Assembly (NCBI GenBank): GCA_964424775.1
Contig: CAYRJZ010000002.1
Location: 73,736-137,735 of the forward strand
Direction: 5' to 3'
Source of the DNA: an uncultured Gammaproteobacteria bacterium
GTDB lineage: Bacteria > Patescibacteriota > Microgenomatia > Levybacterales > UBA12049
DNA length: 64,000 bases
The notes beneath the pieces are model-generated. The model saw nothing but the letters and a program-made list of their open reading frames with translations. It had not been told where the DNA came from and made no database searches. Every line of letters starts with the position of its first letter. Position 1 is the first letter of the stretch. The position numbers and the translations under genes were made by a program. This document shows positions 1-9,010 of this stretch, piece after piece.

Positions 1-1
1 A

Positions 2-1057
2 GAACCTGAAACATTTAAGAATTATATTCTAACAAAACAAATTACAATTATTCCTATTTATTATCCATTTAAAAAATTCAATTATTTTTCACATCGAACA
101 GAAGTTAAATATATTACAGAACAATTTGCAAAGTATTTTAAAAAACATAAAATATATAAAAATGATTATTTTTATTCATGTTCTGATTTTGCACCAGATG
201 TCTTACCTATTATTAAGCTTAAAAAACAATATAAATTTAAATGGATAGCTTCGCTTTTTCTTTTTATACCATCCCCCTTAGAAAATTTAATCAAAGGATA
301 TAAATTCCCATTTTTGAAATATATAGTTTATTTTTTCTACCAAAGATATCTATTTATTCCAATGCTGAAATATGCAGATTTGTTTTTAATAACAAATGAT
401 TATGATCGTAAAATGTTTAAGAATTTTCCTCAGAATAAAATTTTAGCAATTTATGGTGGTGTAAATACTGAGCATATTAAAAAACAAGTTAAGAGAAAAA
501 TAAAATATGACGCTGTTTTTTGCAGCCGGCTTCACCCACAAAAAGGAATTGCTCAGTTACTTGAAATATGGGTACAGATAATTCTAAAAAGACCTAAAGC
601 ACAACTTGCAATTCTTGGGAATGGAGAACCATCTTTTGAAAATTATTTAAAGCAAAGAGCAAGAGAGCTGGGTATAGAAAAGAATATAAAATGGTTTGGT
701 TTTGTAGATCATGAGGAAAAGTATAAAATCTATAGTCAGAGTAAAGTATTACTTCATTCAACTATTTACGATAATAATGGTATGGTAGCTGCGGAAGCGT
801 TATGTACTGGGCTTCCAGTAGTACTTTATGATCATGATTCATTAAAAACTCTTTATACAACAGGATGTGTCAAAATACCCATAGGAAATAAAAAAGAGTT
901 TTCGACCCTTGTAATCAAATTACTATCTGATAAAACATATTATAATACTGTTACTCCGATAGAAAGAGAAGTAAGATCTCTTCATAGCCAATGGAAATGG
1001 AAAAATAGAGCAAAAATATTCCGGCAATTTCTTGATAAGTATCAACAAAAAAGTTAA
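2..1057 (+). CDS. Glycosyltransferase, GT1/GT4-like; 5'-partial because the ORF runs in frame to the window edge
   Basis: The frame containing the 314 ATG stays open back to nt 2 with no stop. The C-terminal domain has the typical GT-B segment (KGIAQLLEIW..., NGMVAAEALCTGLPVV) of retaining GT4 enzymes. Confidence 0.55.
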   Translation, partial: EPETFKNYILTKQITIIPIYYPFKKFNYFSHRTEVKYITEQFAKYFKKHKIYKNDYFYSCSDFAPDVLPIIKLKKQYKFKWIASLFLFIPSPLENLIKGYKFPFLKYIVYFFYQRYLFIPMLKYADLFLITNDYDRKMFKNFPQNKILAIYGGVNTEHIKKQVKRKIKYDAVFCSRLHPQKGIAQLLEIWVQIILKRPKAQLAILGNGEPSFENYLKQRARELGIEKNIKWFGFVDHEEKYKIYSQSKVLLHSTIYDNNGMVAAEALCTGLPVVLYDHDSLKTLYTTGCVKIPIGNKKEFSTLVIKLLSDKTYYNTVTPIEREVRSLHSQWKWKNRAKIFRQFLDKYQQKS

Positions 1058-1103
1058 GACATTGAAAGAATGATTTTCATATGTTAGTGTACAGTTATCT
1101 GAG

Positions 1104-1685
1104 ATGAAAACACGCAAAGGCAAAATAAACAAAAATATCGATTTAATTTTATCTGAAATTGAGTCAGTTCTTGCCCAGGTTGACCAAGAGCAAGTTGATC
1201 TCTTTGTTAAAGAAATTAAAAAAGCAAAGACTATAGTTTTATGTGGCGCAGGTAGAGTAGGTATGGCAACGAGAGGTTTTGCAATGAGACTGGGTCATAT
1301 GGGTTTTCGCTCATTTATGATCGGGGATGCCACTGTTCCATCGATTAAAAGAGGTGATTTGCTTATTGCATCTTCTGGATCAGGTGAGACTCAGACGATA
1401 TATGATTTAGTTGCGCTTGCGAAGAAAAATGGATCAAGAGTGGCATTAGTATCAAGTTATGTCGATCATAATAAATCGCGAATGGCTCGACTTGCTGATA
1501 CTATGGTAATACTAAATGCACCATCTAAAGTAAAACATATAGATGGATTTTATTCGCAGCAACCAATGACTACGCTCAATGAGCAATGTCTCGGGATTTT
1601 TTATGATGCTGTAGTTCTGCAATTAATGGAAGAATTAAAAGAATCTCATGAAAATATGTGGTCAAGGCATTCAAATCTTGAATAA
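1104..1685 (+). CDS. Single-SIS-domain sugar-phosphate isomerase, 6-phospho-3-hexuloisomerase (PHI/HxlB)-like
   Basis: About 190 aa. LCGAGRVGMATRGFAMRLGHMGF...IGDATVPSI...DLLIASSGSGETQT closely matches the PHI/SIS signature (GAGRSG...FAMRLMHLG...DLLIAISGSGET). Confidence 0.6.
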   Translation: MKTRKGKINKNIDLILSEIESVLAQVDQEQVDLFVKEIKKAKTIVLCGAGRVGMATRGFAMRLGHMGFRSFMIGDATVPSIKRGDLLIASSGSGETQTIYDLVALAKKNGSRVALVSSYVDHNKSRMARLADTMVILNAPSKVKHIDGFYSQQPMTTLNEQCLGIFYDAVVLQLMEELKESHENMWSRHSNLE

Positions 1686-1687
1686 AT

Positions 1688-2380
1688 ATGGTAAAAAGAA
1701 AGAATACGTTTAAACTTGCTGCTTCACTAATTTGTGGTAATTATTTATCACTTCAGGAGGATATCAGCTCGCTTATTCGAGGTAAGATCGATTATATTCA
1801 TTTTGATGTAATGGATGGAGTATTTGTACCAAGATACGGACTATTCCCAGAAATAATAACTCAAATGAGACAACAAACAGCAATTCCTATTGATATGCAT
1901 ATGATGGTATCAAATCCAGAAGCTTATATTAAGACATTTGTTGACGCTGGGGCCAATCAGAAAGATGATATTTATGTAGTACACGCTGAATCTACTGTGC
2001 ACTTGGATAGGATAATACGACGTATTCATGATCATGGGATAAAAGCAGGAGTCGCACTTAATCCTGCAACTCCTTTAGAGATTTTAAAGTATGTTTTAAA
2101 TGATATAGATCTTATCATGCTAATGGCAATTAACCCAGGTATAGTTGGTCATAAATTAATTCCTCATATGTTAAATAAAATTAAAGATGTGAAGCAAATG
2201 GTAGGGAATAGGGATATTCTTATTGAAGTAGATGGTGGAGTTAATTTTGAAAGTGCACCCCAGATGATAAAAAATGGTGCAAATATGTTAGTCTGTGGTA
2301 CTCAGACAATTTATAGACCTCACGAAGCTCCAATTGACAAGAAAATAAAAGAACTCAGGAAATTGCTAGATGCATCTTAG
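1688..2380 (+). CDS. Ribulose-phosphate 3-epimerase family protein (Rpe/AlsE-like TIM barrel)
   Basis: IHFDVMDGVFVP (the RPE H-x-D-x-MDG-x-FVP metal site), DMHMMV, GVALNPATPLE, IMLMAINPG and ILIEVDGGVN are all present. Confidence 0.7.
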   Translation: MVKRKNTFKLAASLICGNYLSLQEDISSLIRGKIDYIHFDVMDGVFVPRYGLFPEIITQMRQQTAIPIDMHMMVSNPEAYIKTFVDAGANQKDDIYVVHAESTVHLDRIIRRIHDHGIKAGVALNPATPLEILKYVLNDIDLIMLMAINPGIVGHKLIPHMLNKIKDVKQMVGNRDILIEVDGGVNFESAPQMIKNGANMLVCGTQTIYRPHEAPIDKKIKELRKLLDAS

Positions 2381-3084
2381 TGTAGTCTGCTGAAGGCATT
2401 ATCAAGAGATGTTAGGTTCCCTGTATCTACCCATTCTTTAAATACAACACTTTTGAATTTATACCCCTCTTTTATCATTTCTGAAATTGCTACACAATCA
2501 TTGAGCGAGGTATCCGAAGGATTATTACGATAGGATTTATTCAAGTACTCCCAAAACGCCTTATAATCTTTAACTCCGACAAGTCCAATATGTAAGTAAT
2601 TCCAATTATTTGAACCTTTTCCGTTAAGTTCAATAACATCTTCACCATTTGTCATTACTGAACTGTAACTTTGTGTGTTGAAAATTGACTGATCATTGCC
2701 TTCTGAAACCCCGTCCCAATTATACTCTTCAGGAGAAGGGATGCTCCCATTAATAATAGTATCGTTACAGTGGAATATGAATGGACACTGAAGGAAATCT
2801 TGTGCTTGAAGCATCGAGTATCCAAGAGATGATCCTAGACCTTCATATTTATCAATTTCGACAAAAGTTATATCACGTTCAGGATACATTTGTGATATAT
2901 ATTCCCGTACCTTATCTCCATAATAACCAATTGTAATAACTAGCTCTATCTCAGATGAATAAGAAGTAATTATATAATCGATAACTTTTTTTCCGTTTAT
3001 TTCGATGAGAGCTTTATTAGTATCCTTGGTCAATTCTTTAAGTCTTGATCCAGTACCTGATGTTGTTATGAGTACTTTGTACAT
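2377..3084 (-). CDS. Sugar/alcohol-phosphate nucleotidyltransferase (LicC-like GT-A fold NT), paralog of the N-domain of 3167..4756
   Basis: N-terminal ITTSGTGSRL (G-x-G-[ST]-R-L NTP-transferase motif). It shares long conserved blocks with the next gene: FVEIDKYEGLGSSLGYSML and LHIGLVGVKDYKAFW. Confidence 0.55.
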   Translation of the reverse strand: MYKVLITTSGTGSRLKELTKDTNKALIEINGKKVIDYIITSYSSEIELVITIGYYGDKVREYISQMYPERDITFVEIDKYEGLGSSLGYSMLQAQDFLQCPFIFHCNDTIINGSIPSPEEYNWDGVSEGNDQSIFNTQSYSSVMTNGEDVIELNGKGSNNWNYLHIGLVGVKDYKAFWEYLNKSYRNNPSDTSLNDCVAISEMIKEGYKFKSVVFKEWVDTGNLTSLDNAFSRLH

Positions 3085-3166
3085 TTTATAAATTTCCCTT
3101 GTAATGCTCTACTAATTATTATATAGTAAGATAAAATAGAGAACAAACGTTATATTCTCAATCTAA

Positions 3167-4756
3167 ATGAAAAATACCTCTAATTTAGTATTAATAACTG
3201 CCTCAGGGTCAAGTACCGGGCTTGGAGAGTTAACTAAGTATACAAATAAAACACTTATTCGAGTAGGTGATAAGCCAACTATTTCTCACATTATTGAAAG
3301 TTATCCTAAATCAGCACATTTTGTTATTACGTTAGGCTATTACGCCAAACAAGTTAAAGACTTCTTAACTTTAGCATATCCAAAACACCTTTTTACCTTT
3401 GTTGAGGTAGATAAGTATGAAGGGAAAGGAAGTAGTATGGGATATAGCATGTTGAAAGCATCTAAACATTTACAGCAGCCTTTTATATTTCATGCGTCTG
3501 ACACAATTGTCCACGATCAAATCCCTAAAGTTATAAGTAATTGGATTGGAGGCTATCGTGGTGAAGGGTCATCAAATTATACGTCTTTTAATATTCTCAA
3601 TAATAAAATTCAGAAGATTTTAGAGAAGGGAATAATCAATCCTGATTTTCTACATATAGGATTAGTTGGTGTTTATGATTATAAAAAGTTCTGGAAAACA
3701 CTTAATGATCTTTATGAAAAAAATACCTATGGAGATGCTTTGTCTGACTTTCATGCACTCAATCATATGATTGAAGATGGGGTTGATTTTAAAGTAAAAG
3801 AGATAACTCGGTGGTGGGATGTCGGAAATATTGATTCACTTAAAAAAACACGACAAGATTTTAAAAACCCCTTTAATGTTCTCGATAAACCAAGGGAATC
3901 GATTTTTATATTTAACGACTCAGTTATTAAGTTTTTTCATGATGAGTCAATGGTAAGGCAAAGAGTAAAGAGAGCAGAAAATCTTAAAGGATTAGTTCCA
4001 AAAATTAAAAAGTCATTAGGAAATTTTTATATCTATAACTATATTGATGGAGACTTATATGCAGATGTTGCAACTCCAGCTAACTTTTCAGACTTCCTGT
4101 TATGGTCTAAAAAAAATCTATGGAAGAGAGTACATGAGACATCTGTGAATAAATTTAAAAATATCTGCTATGACTTTTATTTTACAAAAACACAGGAAAG
4201 AATAGCAGAATTTCTCCTTACCCGTAATATGAAAGATACTGAGATCATAATAAATGACGAAAAGGTACCTTCATTCAAAGATATGTTAAAACAAATCGAT
4301 TTTGATTGGCTCTCAACGACTGATCAATCTCGATTTCACGGAGATTATATTCTCGACAATATTATAAAGACGAAAAAAGGGTATGTATTAGTTGACTGGA
4401 GACAAAATTTTGGTGGACTAACTCATGCTGGAGATATGTATTATGATCTTGCAAAACTAAATCATAACCTAACAATAAATCACGGTATAGTGAGTAAAGA
4501 ACTATTTACAATAAATGTTGGGACGCATAACGTCTATGTTGATATACATAGAAAAGAAACTTTAGTAGAATGTCAAAAGGTATTGTTTAAGTTTCTTGAT
4601 GAGAATAAATTGGATAAAAAAAAAGTTAAAATGTTAACTGCAATTGCATGGTTGAACATGTCACCTCTTCATGAACATCCATATGATACTTTCTTATATT
4701 ATTTTGGAAAGTTACAGTTATGGAGAGCAATAAAAGAAGTAAGCGATGAAAATTAA
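3167..4756 (+). CDS. Bifunctional protein: N-terminal nucleotidyltransferase (LicC-like) fused to a C-terminal aminoglycoside/choline-kinase-fold kinase
   Basis: The N-domain (ITASGSSTGLG, FVEVDKYEGKGSSMGYSML) is paralogous to 2377..3084. The C-domain carries the Brenner catalytic loop (FHGDYILDNII) and VLVDWRQNFGG, the Mg-binding D of the APH/ChoK fold. Confidence 0.55.
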   Translation: MKNTSNLVLITASGSSTGLGELTKYTNKTLIRVGDKPTISHIIESYPKSAHFVITLGYYAKQVKDFLTLAYPKHLFTFVEVDKYEGKGSSMGYSMLKASKHLQQPFIFHASDTIVHDQIPKVISNWIGGYRGEGSSNYTSFNILNNKIQKILEKGIINPDFLHIGLVGVYDYKKFWKTLNDLYEKNTYGDALSDFHALNHMIEDGVDFKVKEITRWWDVGNIDSLKKTRQDFKNPFNVLDKPRESIFIFNDSVIKFFHDESMVRQRVKRAENLKGLVPKIKKSLGNFYIYNYIDGDLYADVATPANFSDFLLWSKKNLWKRVHETSVNKFKNICYDFYFTKTQERIAEFLLTRNMKDTEIIINDEKVPSFKDMLKQIDFDWLSTTDQSRFHGDYILDNIIKTKKGYVLVDWRQNFGGLTHAGDMYYDLAKLNHNLTINHGIVSKELFTINVGTHNVYVDIHRKETLVECQKVLFKFLDENKLDKKKVKMLTAIAWLNMSPLHEHPYDTFLYYFGKLQLWRAIKEVSDEN

Positions 4757-5270
4757 GAATTTTATAATAGACGTTGATGGCGTTTTTACTGATGGGACTT
4801 TTTATTACACGGAACAAGGAAAGATAATGAAGAAGTTTGGACCGGAAGACGCAGATGCTCTTTCATTATTAAAGAATAAGATGAATATTCATGTTGTATC
4901 TGGAGATAAAAGAGGTTTTGCAATTACAAAAAAACGAATTCAAGATGATATGAAATTAAAATTAGATCTTGTAAGTACATTCGAAAGAATAGAATGGCTC
5001 TCTCAGTTATATGATCCAAAAGAGTCTATATACATGGGAGATGGAATTTTTGATCCTCTTGTTTTTAAAAAAGTAGCCTACAGTATTGCTCCTGCAAATG
5101 CATTCTACACGACAAAGAAAGAAGCTGATTATGTGACAAATGCAAAAGGAGGGGAAGGTGCAGTTGCAGAGGCTGTACTCCACATACTAGATAACATTCT
5201 AAAAGAACCTTTTGATGTTCACTCTCTTACATTTGCACACGGCTCTGGAGCATGGAGTAAATCAAAATGA
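4746..5270 (+). CDS. HAD-superfamily sugar-phosphate phosphatase, KdsC (Kdo-8-P phosphatase) family
   Basis: IIDVDGVFTDG matches the KdsC N-terminal DxDGVxTDG motif. About 170 aa with YMGDGIFD (second HAD Asp motif). Confidence 0.65.
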   Translation: MKIKNFIIDVDGVFTDGTFYYTEQGKIMKKFGPEDADALSLLKNKMNIHVVSGDKRGFAITKKRIQDDMKLKLDLVSTFERIEWLSQLYDPKESIYMGDGIFDPLVFKKVAYSIAPANAFYTTKKEADYVTNAKGGEGAVAEAVLHILDNILKEPFDVHSLTFAHGSGAWSKSK

Positions 5271-6403
5271 AAATTAATTATATAGATCGAAATCATAACG
5301 TAATAACACAAGAAAATACTCTCGAAAAACTATATGTATTTAATAATTTTCCAATTTATATTGGATGTACAGATAAACCTCAGAGTGAGGATGTTACGGC
5401 AGATCTTTCATTGGCAATCTGTCAAAAAACAGGAGTAATGCAATTAGATAAAGTACTTCCACTTGAAGTTGTATATGGAGACTATCATTCTGAAGCACTT
5501 GGCCCACTTTGGAATGAACATCACTTAAGTTTTGTTGAGTTCCTTATTAAATATAATTCAAAAAATATACTTGAAATAGGTGGGTCTAATGGTTTTATTG
5601 CTAAGGAATCTGTGAAGAAAAATAAAAATATTAATAAATGGATTATGGTAGAACCTGCTCCTGCATATGGAGGAGATTCTAAGATTGAGGTAATTGAAAA
5701 AAGTTTTGACGAGAATTTTATTTATGATGGAAAAGTTGATTGTATAGTTCATTCACATACATTCGAACATATTTATGAGCCTGGATTATTTATGAATAGT
5801 ATAGGTAGATATATGAAAATAGGTGATTTTCAAATATTTTCAGTTCCAAATTTATATAAATATTTACTAAATAAGCAAGCGAACTGGATAAATTTTGAAC
5901 ACACAGTTTTTTTAACTGAATATTACATTGATTTTCTACTTAACAAAAATGGTTTAGAAATATTAGAAAAAAAATATTTCTATGAACACAGTATTTTCTA
6001 CGCAACCAAAAAAATTAGAAATGAAGATAAATCAGTTACCATAACAAATAAGTATAAAGAAAATAAGAAGCTCTTTAATGACTACATTAACTTCTATAAA
6101 CATGAAGTAGCTAAGTATAATGATCAGATCAAAAAATTCTCTGGCAAAATTTATCTTTTCGGAGCACATATATTCTCTCAGTTTCTTGTTCTTAACGGAT
6201 TGACTGGGAATATCATTGGTGTTCTTGATAACTCCAAAATTAAAAAAGGTAAAAGACTCTATGGCACATCACTTACTGTTTTTGCTCCAGATGTGATTAA
6301 AGACGAAAAAGACGTGATGGTTATTCTTAAAGCAGGAGCTTATCAGAAAGAAGTGAAGGATCAACTATTATCATTAAATCCACGTGTAATTATTCTTGAG
6401 TAA
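5267..6403 (+). CDS. Class I SAM-dependent methyltransferase with extra N- and C-terminal domains
   Basis: ILEIGGSNGFIAKE (motif I, GxGxG), then an acidic beta-strand (IMVEP) and DCIVHSHTFEHI. Confidence 0.45.
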   Translation: MKINYIDRNHNVITQENTLEKLYVFNNFPIYIGCTDKPQSEDVTADLSLAICQKTGVMQLDKVLPLEVVYGDYHSEALGPLWNEHHLSFVEFLIKYNSKNILEIGGSNGFIAKESVKKNKNINKWIMVEPAPAYGGDSKIEVIEKSFDENFIYDGKVDCIVHSHTFEHIYEPGLFMNSIGRYMKIGDFQIFSVPNLYKYLLNKQANWINFEHTVFLTEYYIDFLLNKNGLEILEKKYFYEHSIFYATKKIRNEDKSVTITNKYKENKKLFNDYINFYKHEVAKYNDQIKKFSGKIYLFGAHIFSQFLVLNGLTGNIIGVLDNSKIKKGKRLYGTSLTVFAPDVIKDEKDVMVILKAGAYQKEVKDQLLSLNPRVIILE

Positions 6404-7667
6404 TATGAGAATAATTTTTCACAATCCTCATTCGAGTCTTGTCATAGGAAAAACACTTCTTGACTTCATATTAAGGATACACAGTTATAAAAAGTATTCT
6501 TATTTATTAGATTATATTCGACAAAGCAGAAATGATTTTGCTTTTTATATAGATAATCATGATTCATCACTTCCGTCTATTGCTGCAAGAATAATTCCGG
6601 CAAAGGTTGAGGTGTATCTGTGGATGATAGTAAATAAAATAAACCCACTTAAAGTAAAACTAGTTTGGAATATTGATGAACTGAAGAAAGATGATATCTT
6701 TTTTTCTTTCTCTTTGAAAAACCTCGATACAAATTACAGTGGAACTGATAATATTTTTAATAAAAAGTTTTTAAAAATATTTCATATAACTCACTTTGTT
6801 CAAAACACCTCACTCATCGCTGAAAATGCAAAAAGACTACAAATTAATTTTTTTGTAGCTGAAAATAACTTATCTAAAAACTCAAAATATTTTAAAAAAT
6901 ATTTATCTTTTTATAAGAAAGATGTTTACACCCTACCTTTTGTTGCACAGAAAAGATTTAAAAAGATAAATAATTTTAATAATAGGATTAACAAATGTCT
7001 GGCTACCGGAACTGTTGTAAATATTACTAAAACAGGCAATCCAAGTGATTTTAAGGACTTTCGAAAGTTCTATAAGACAGACGTACTCCAACCAATTCGA
7101 AATGAGATACTTCAAAAAAAAGATGAACTAAAAGACATTATCGACTGCTCAATTGGAGAACTATATGAAAAAGAATTAAAAAGGACGTCATCTAAGAATT
7201 TATTGCAAAAACTTTTTGCTAAATTGTATAACGCGCTTTTTGCCACAAAGAGATCTTATTTTAAATTTGATATTGTTGAGAGATATAATTCATATAAAAT
7301 GTTTATAAATGGTGAAGAGATAAATGATTTGCCGGGGATAGGTTTTGTTGAGGGAATGGCATGTGGAGCTGCTTATATTGGACAGATAAGTGATATGTAC
7401 ACAGACCTTGGACTAGTACCTGGTGTCCATTATATTGGATATAATGGAACTCTGAATGATTTGAAAAGAAAAATAAGATATTATCAAACACATTCAAAAA
7501 AGCTCGAAAAAATCGCTGAAGCTGGACATGCATTTGTTATCAATAATTTTACAGAAAAAAGCGTAGCTAGGAAATTTTTCTCTGATCTTAAGGATCTTTC
7601 TGAACAGTATAAAAAAAAGAAATACAAGACTGATCAATTAGAATTTAAGTGTTCATTTGTAAAGTAA
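6396..7667 (+). CDS. Hypothetical protein, possible degenerate GT-B glycosyltransferase
   Basis: C-terminal GIGFVEGMACGAAYIG resembles the GT1/GT4 EX7E-region (EGFGLxxLEAMACGxPVI). The N-terminal half is very K/N-rich and unassignable. Confidence 0.3.
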   Translation: MSNMRIIFHNPHSSLVIGKTLLDFILRIHSYKKYSYLLDYIRQSRNDFAFYIDNHDSSLPSIAARIIPAKVEVYLWMIVNKINPLKVKLVWNIDELKKDDIFFSFSLKNLDTNYSGTDNIFNKKFLKIFHITHFVQNTSLIAENAKRLQINFFVAENNLSKNSKYFKKYLSFYKKDVYTLPFVAQKRFKKINNFNNRINKCLATGTVVNITKTGNPSDFKDFRKFYKTDVLQPIRNEILQKKDELKDIIDCSIGELYEKELKRTSSKNLLQKLFAKLYNALFATKRSYFKFDIVERYNSYKMFINGEEINDLPGIGFVEGMACGAAYIGQISDMYTDLGLVPGVHYIGYNGTLNDLKRKIRYYQTHSKKLEKIAEAGHAFVINNFTEKSVARKFFSDLKDLSEQYKKKKYKTDQLEFKCSFVK

Positions 7668-8245
7668 TGATAAAAAATATTCTTTCATTAATTTCATATT
7701 ATCAAAGTAAAAAAGGCTTTTCTTCTTTTGGTAAAAAATCACTTATCAAATTCCCGTATAAAATATGGGGTAGAGATCGTATTTCTATTGGAGAAAATGT
7801 ATTTATTGCAGAAAATTCATATTTTGCTGTCTCCAAAAAATTTAAAAATCAAAAATTTTCTCCCACTATATCCATTGGAAATAATACATGCATTGGTAGT
7901 AATTTTTTTCTTGCATCTATAGATGAAATTGTTATTGAAGATGATGTATTAATATCAGATCGAGTTTTCATATCTGATCATATCCATAATTATGAAGATA
8001 TTAAAACTCCCATTATCGAACAACCATTAAAGAAAAAAGGGAAAGTATTAATAAAAAAGGGAAGCTTTATTGGAGTGAATGCTGTTATTATGCCTGGGGT
8101 AACTATTGGGAAAAATAGTGTTATTGGTGCATCAAGTGTTGTTATTAAAGATGTTCCTGACTTCGCTGTTGCTACTGGTAATCCAGCAAGAATTATTAAG
8201 AAATATTCCCAAAAATCAAAAACGTGGGTAAAAGAAAAGAAATAA
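7667..8245 (+). CDS. Hexapeptide-repeat (LbH) sugar O-acetyltransferase
   Basis: Tandem hexapeptide repeats (ISIGENVFIAENSYF...ISIGNNTCIGSNFF...IGVNAVIMPGVTIGKNSVIGASSVV) and a maltose/galactoside acetyltransferase-like C-terminus. The start was moved from the GTG at 7649 to the ATG at 7667, which overlaps the upstream stop (TAATG). Confidence 0.6.
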   Translation: MIKNILSLISYYQSKKGFSSFGKKSLIKFPYKIWGRDRISIGENVFIAENSYFAVSKKFKNQKFSPTISIGNNTCIGSNFFLASIDEIVIEDDVLISDRVFISDHIHNYEDIKTPIIEQPLKKKGKVLIKKGSFIGVNAVIMPGVTIGKNSVIGASSVVIKDVPDFAVATGNPARIIKKYSQKSKTWVKEKK

Positions 8246-8246
8246 A

Positions 8247-8966
8247 ATGTTGAATTATACTCCTTATATATTAAAAGAAATTAAAAAAATTAATAAAAAA
8301 GATCAAAGTGTACTAGATGTTGGGTGTGGTATTGGACAGTATTTCCCATACTTAAAAGGGAAAATAACAGGTTTTGATTTTGATAAAAAAAATGTTGAGA
8401 GAGCGAAAAAAAAGTTTCCTGAAGCTAAAGTATTTCATTTTGATTTAACAAAAAGACCACTACCTGGTTTGAAAAAATATGATGTCGTAATTTGTCTTGA
8501 GGTCGTCGAACATATGAAGAAAAGAGATGCTCTCTTATTAATAAAAGAATTAGAGAAAAAGACAAATGGTTACCTTCTTATCTCTACACCCAATATAAAT
8601 AACTTTACATCTCTTCTCCGTTTTCTTATGACGCGAAAGGTGGAAATAGCAGGTGAGGCAAACGTAGTTGAAAAAATTTTATACTTTATTTTAAATAGAA
8701 AATTTCCACCAAAAAATAATAAATATTACGTCATGGAATCTGATAGTCCTGATCTCATCTCCAATAAAAGCCTTCATTATCATGTGTCAAATTTCAGTTC
8801 AGGAGATTTCAAAAAAATGGGTTATAGAGTAGTAGGAGGACTTGGGCAAGTTAACTACGACATTATCGGAAATCAAATGCTAAAAAATTTTATTGAAAAG
8901 ATATTTTATTATTTCCCATATTTGGCTGGTTCATTTTTAGCAATTAAAGAAATTCGCACGAAATAG
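8247..8966 (+). CDS. Class I SAM-dependent methyltransferase
   Basis: VLDVGCGIGQY (motif I), DVVICLEVVEHM (motif II/III region). Confidence 0.6.
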   Translation: MLNYTPYILKEIKKINKKDQSVLDVGCGIGQYFPYLKGKITGFDFDKKNVERAKKKFPEAKVFHFDLTKRPLPGLKKYDVVICLEVVEHMKKRDALLLIKELEKKTNGYLLISTPNINNFTSLLRFLMTRKVEIAGEANVVEKILYFILNRKFPPKNNKYYVMESDSPDLISNKSLHYHVSNFSSGDFKKMGYRVVGGLGQVNYDIIGNQMLKNFIEKIFYYFPYLAGSFLAIKEIRTK

Positions 8967-9010
8967 TTTACTGTTGTGTTTGAAAAAGAAATATATGCTT
9001 AAATTTATAT

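Noticed and set aside
923-1132. Short antisense and overlapping ORFs from the six-frame track lying inside strong genes. Examples are 923..1132(-), 4626..4817(-), 5558..5752(-), 6933..7115(-), 7303..7533(-), 9142..9390(-), 16908..17093(-), 21002..21424(-), 22909..23091(-), 24876..25427, 32646..33183(-) and 37348..38202(-).
   Set aside because: Each lies within, and antisense or out of frame to, a gene with clear family motifs. They show no motifs, many have biased low-complexity translations, and they are typical of spurious ORFs.
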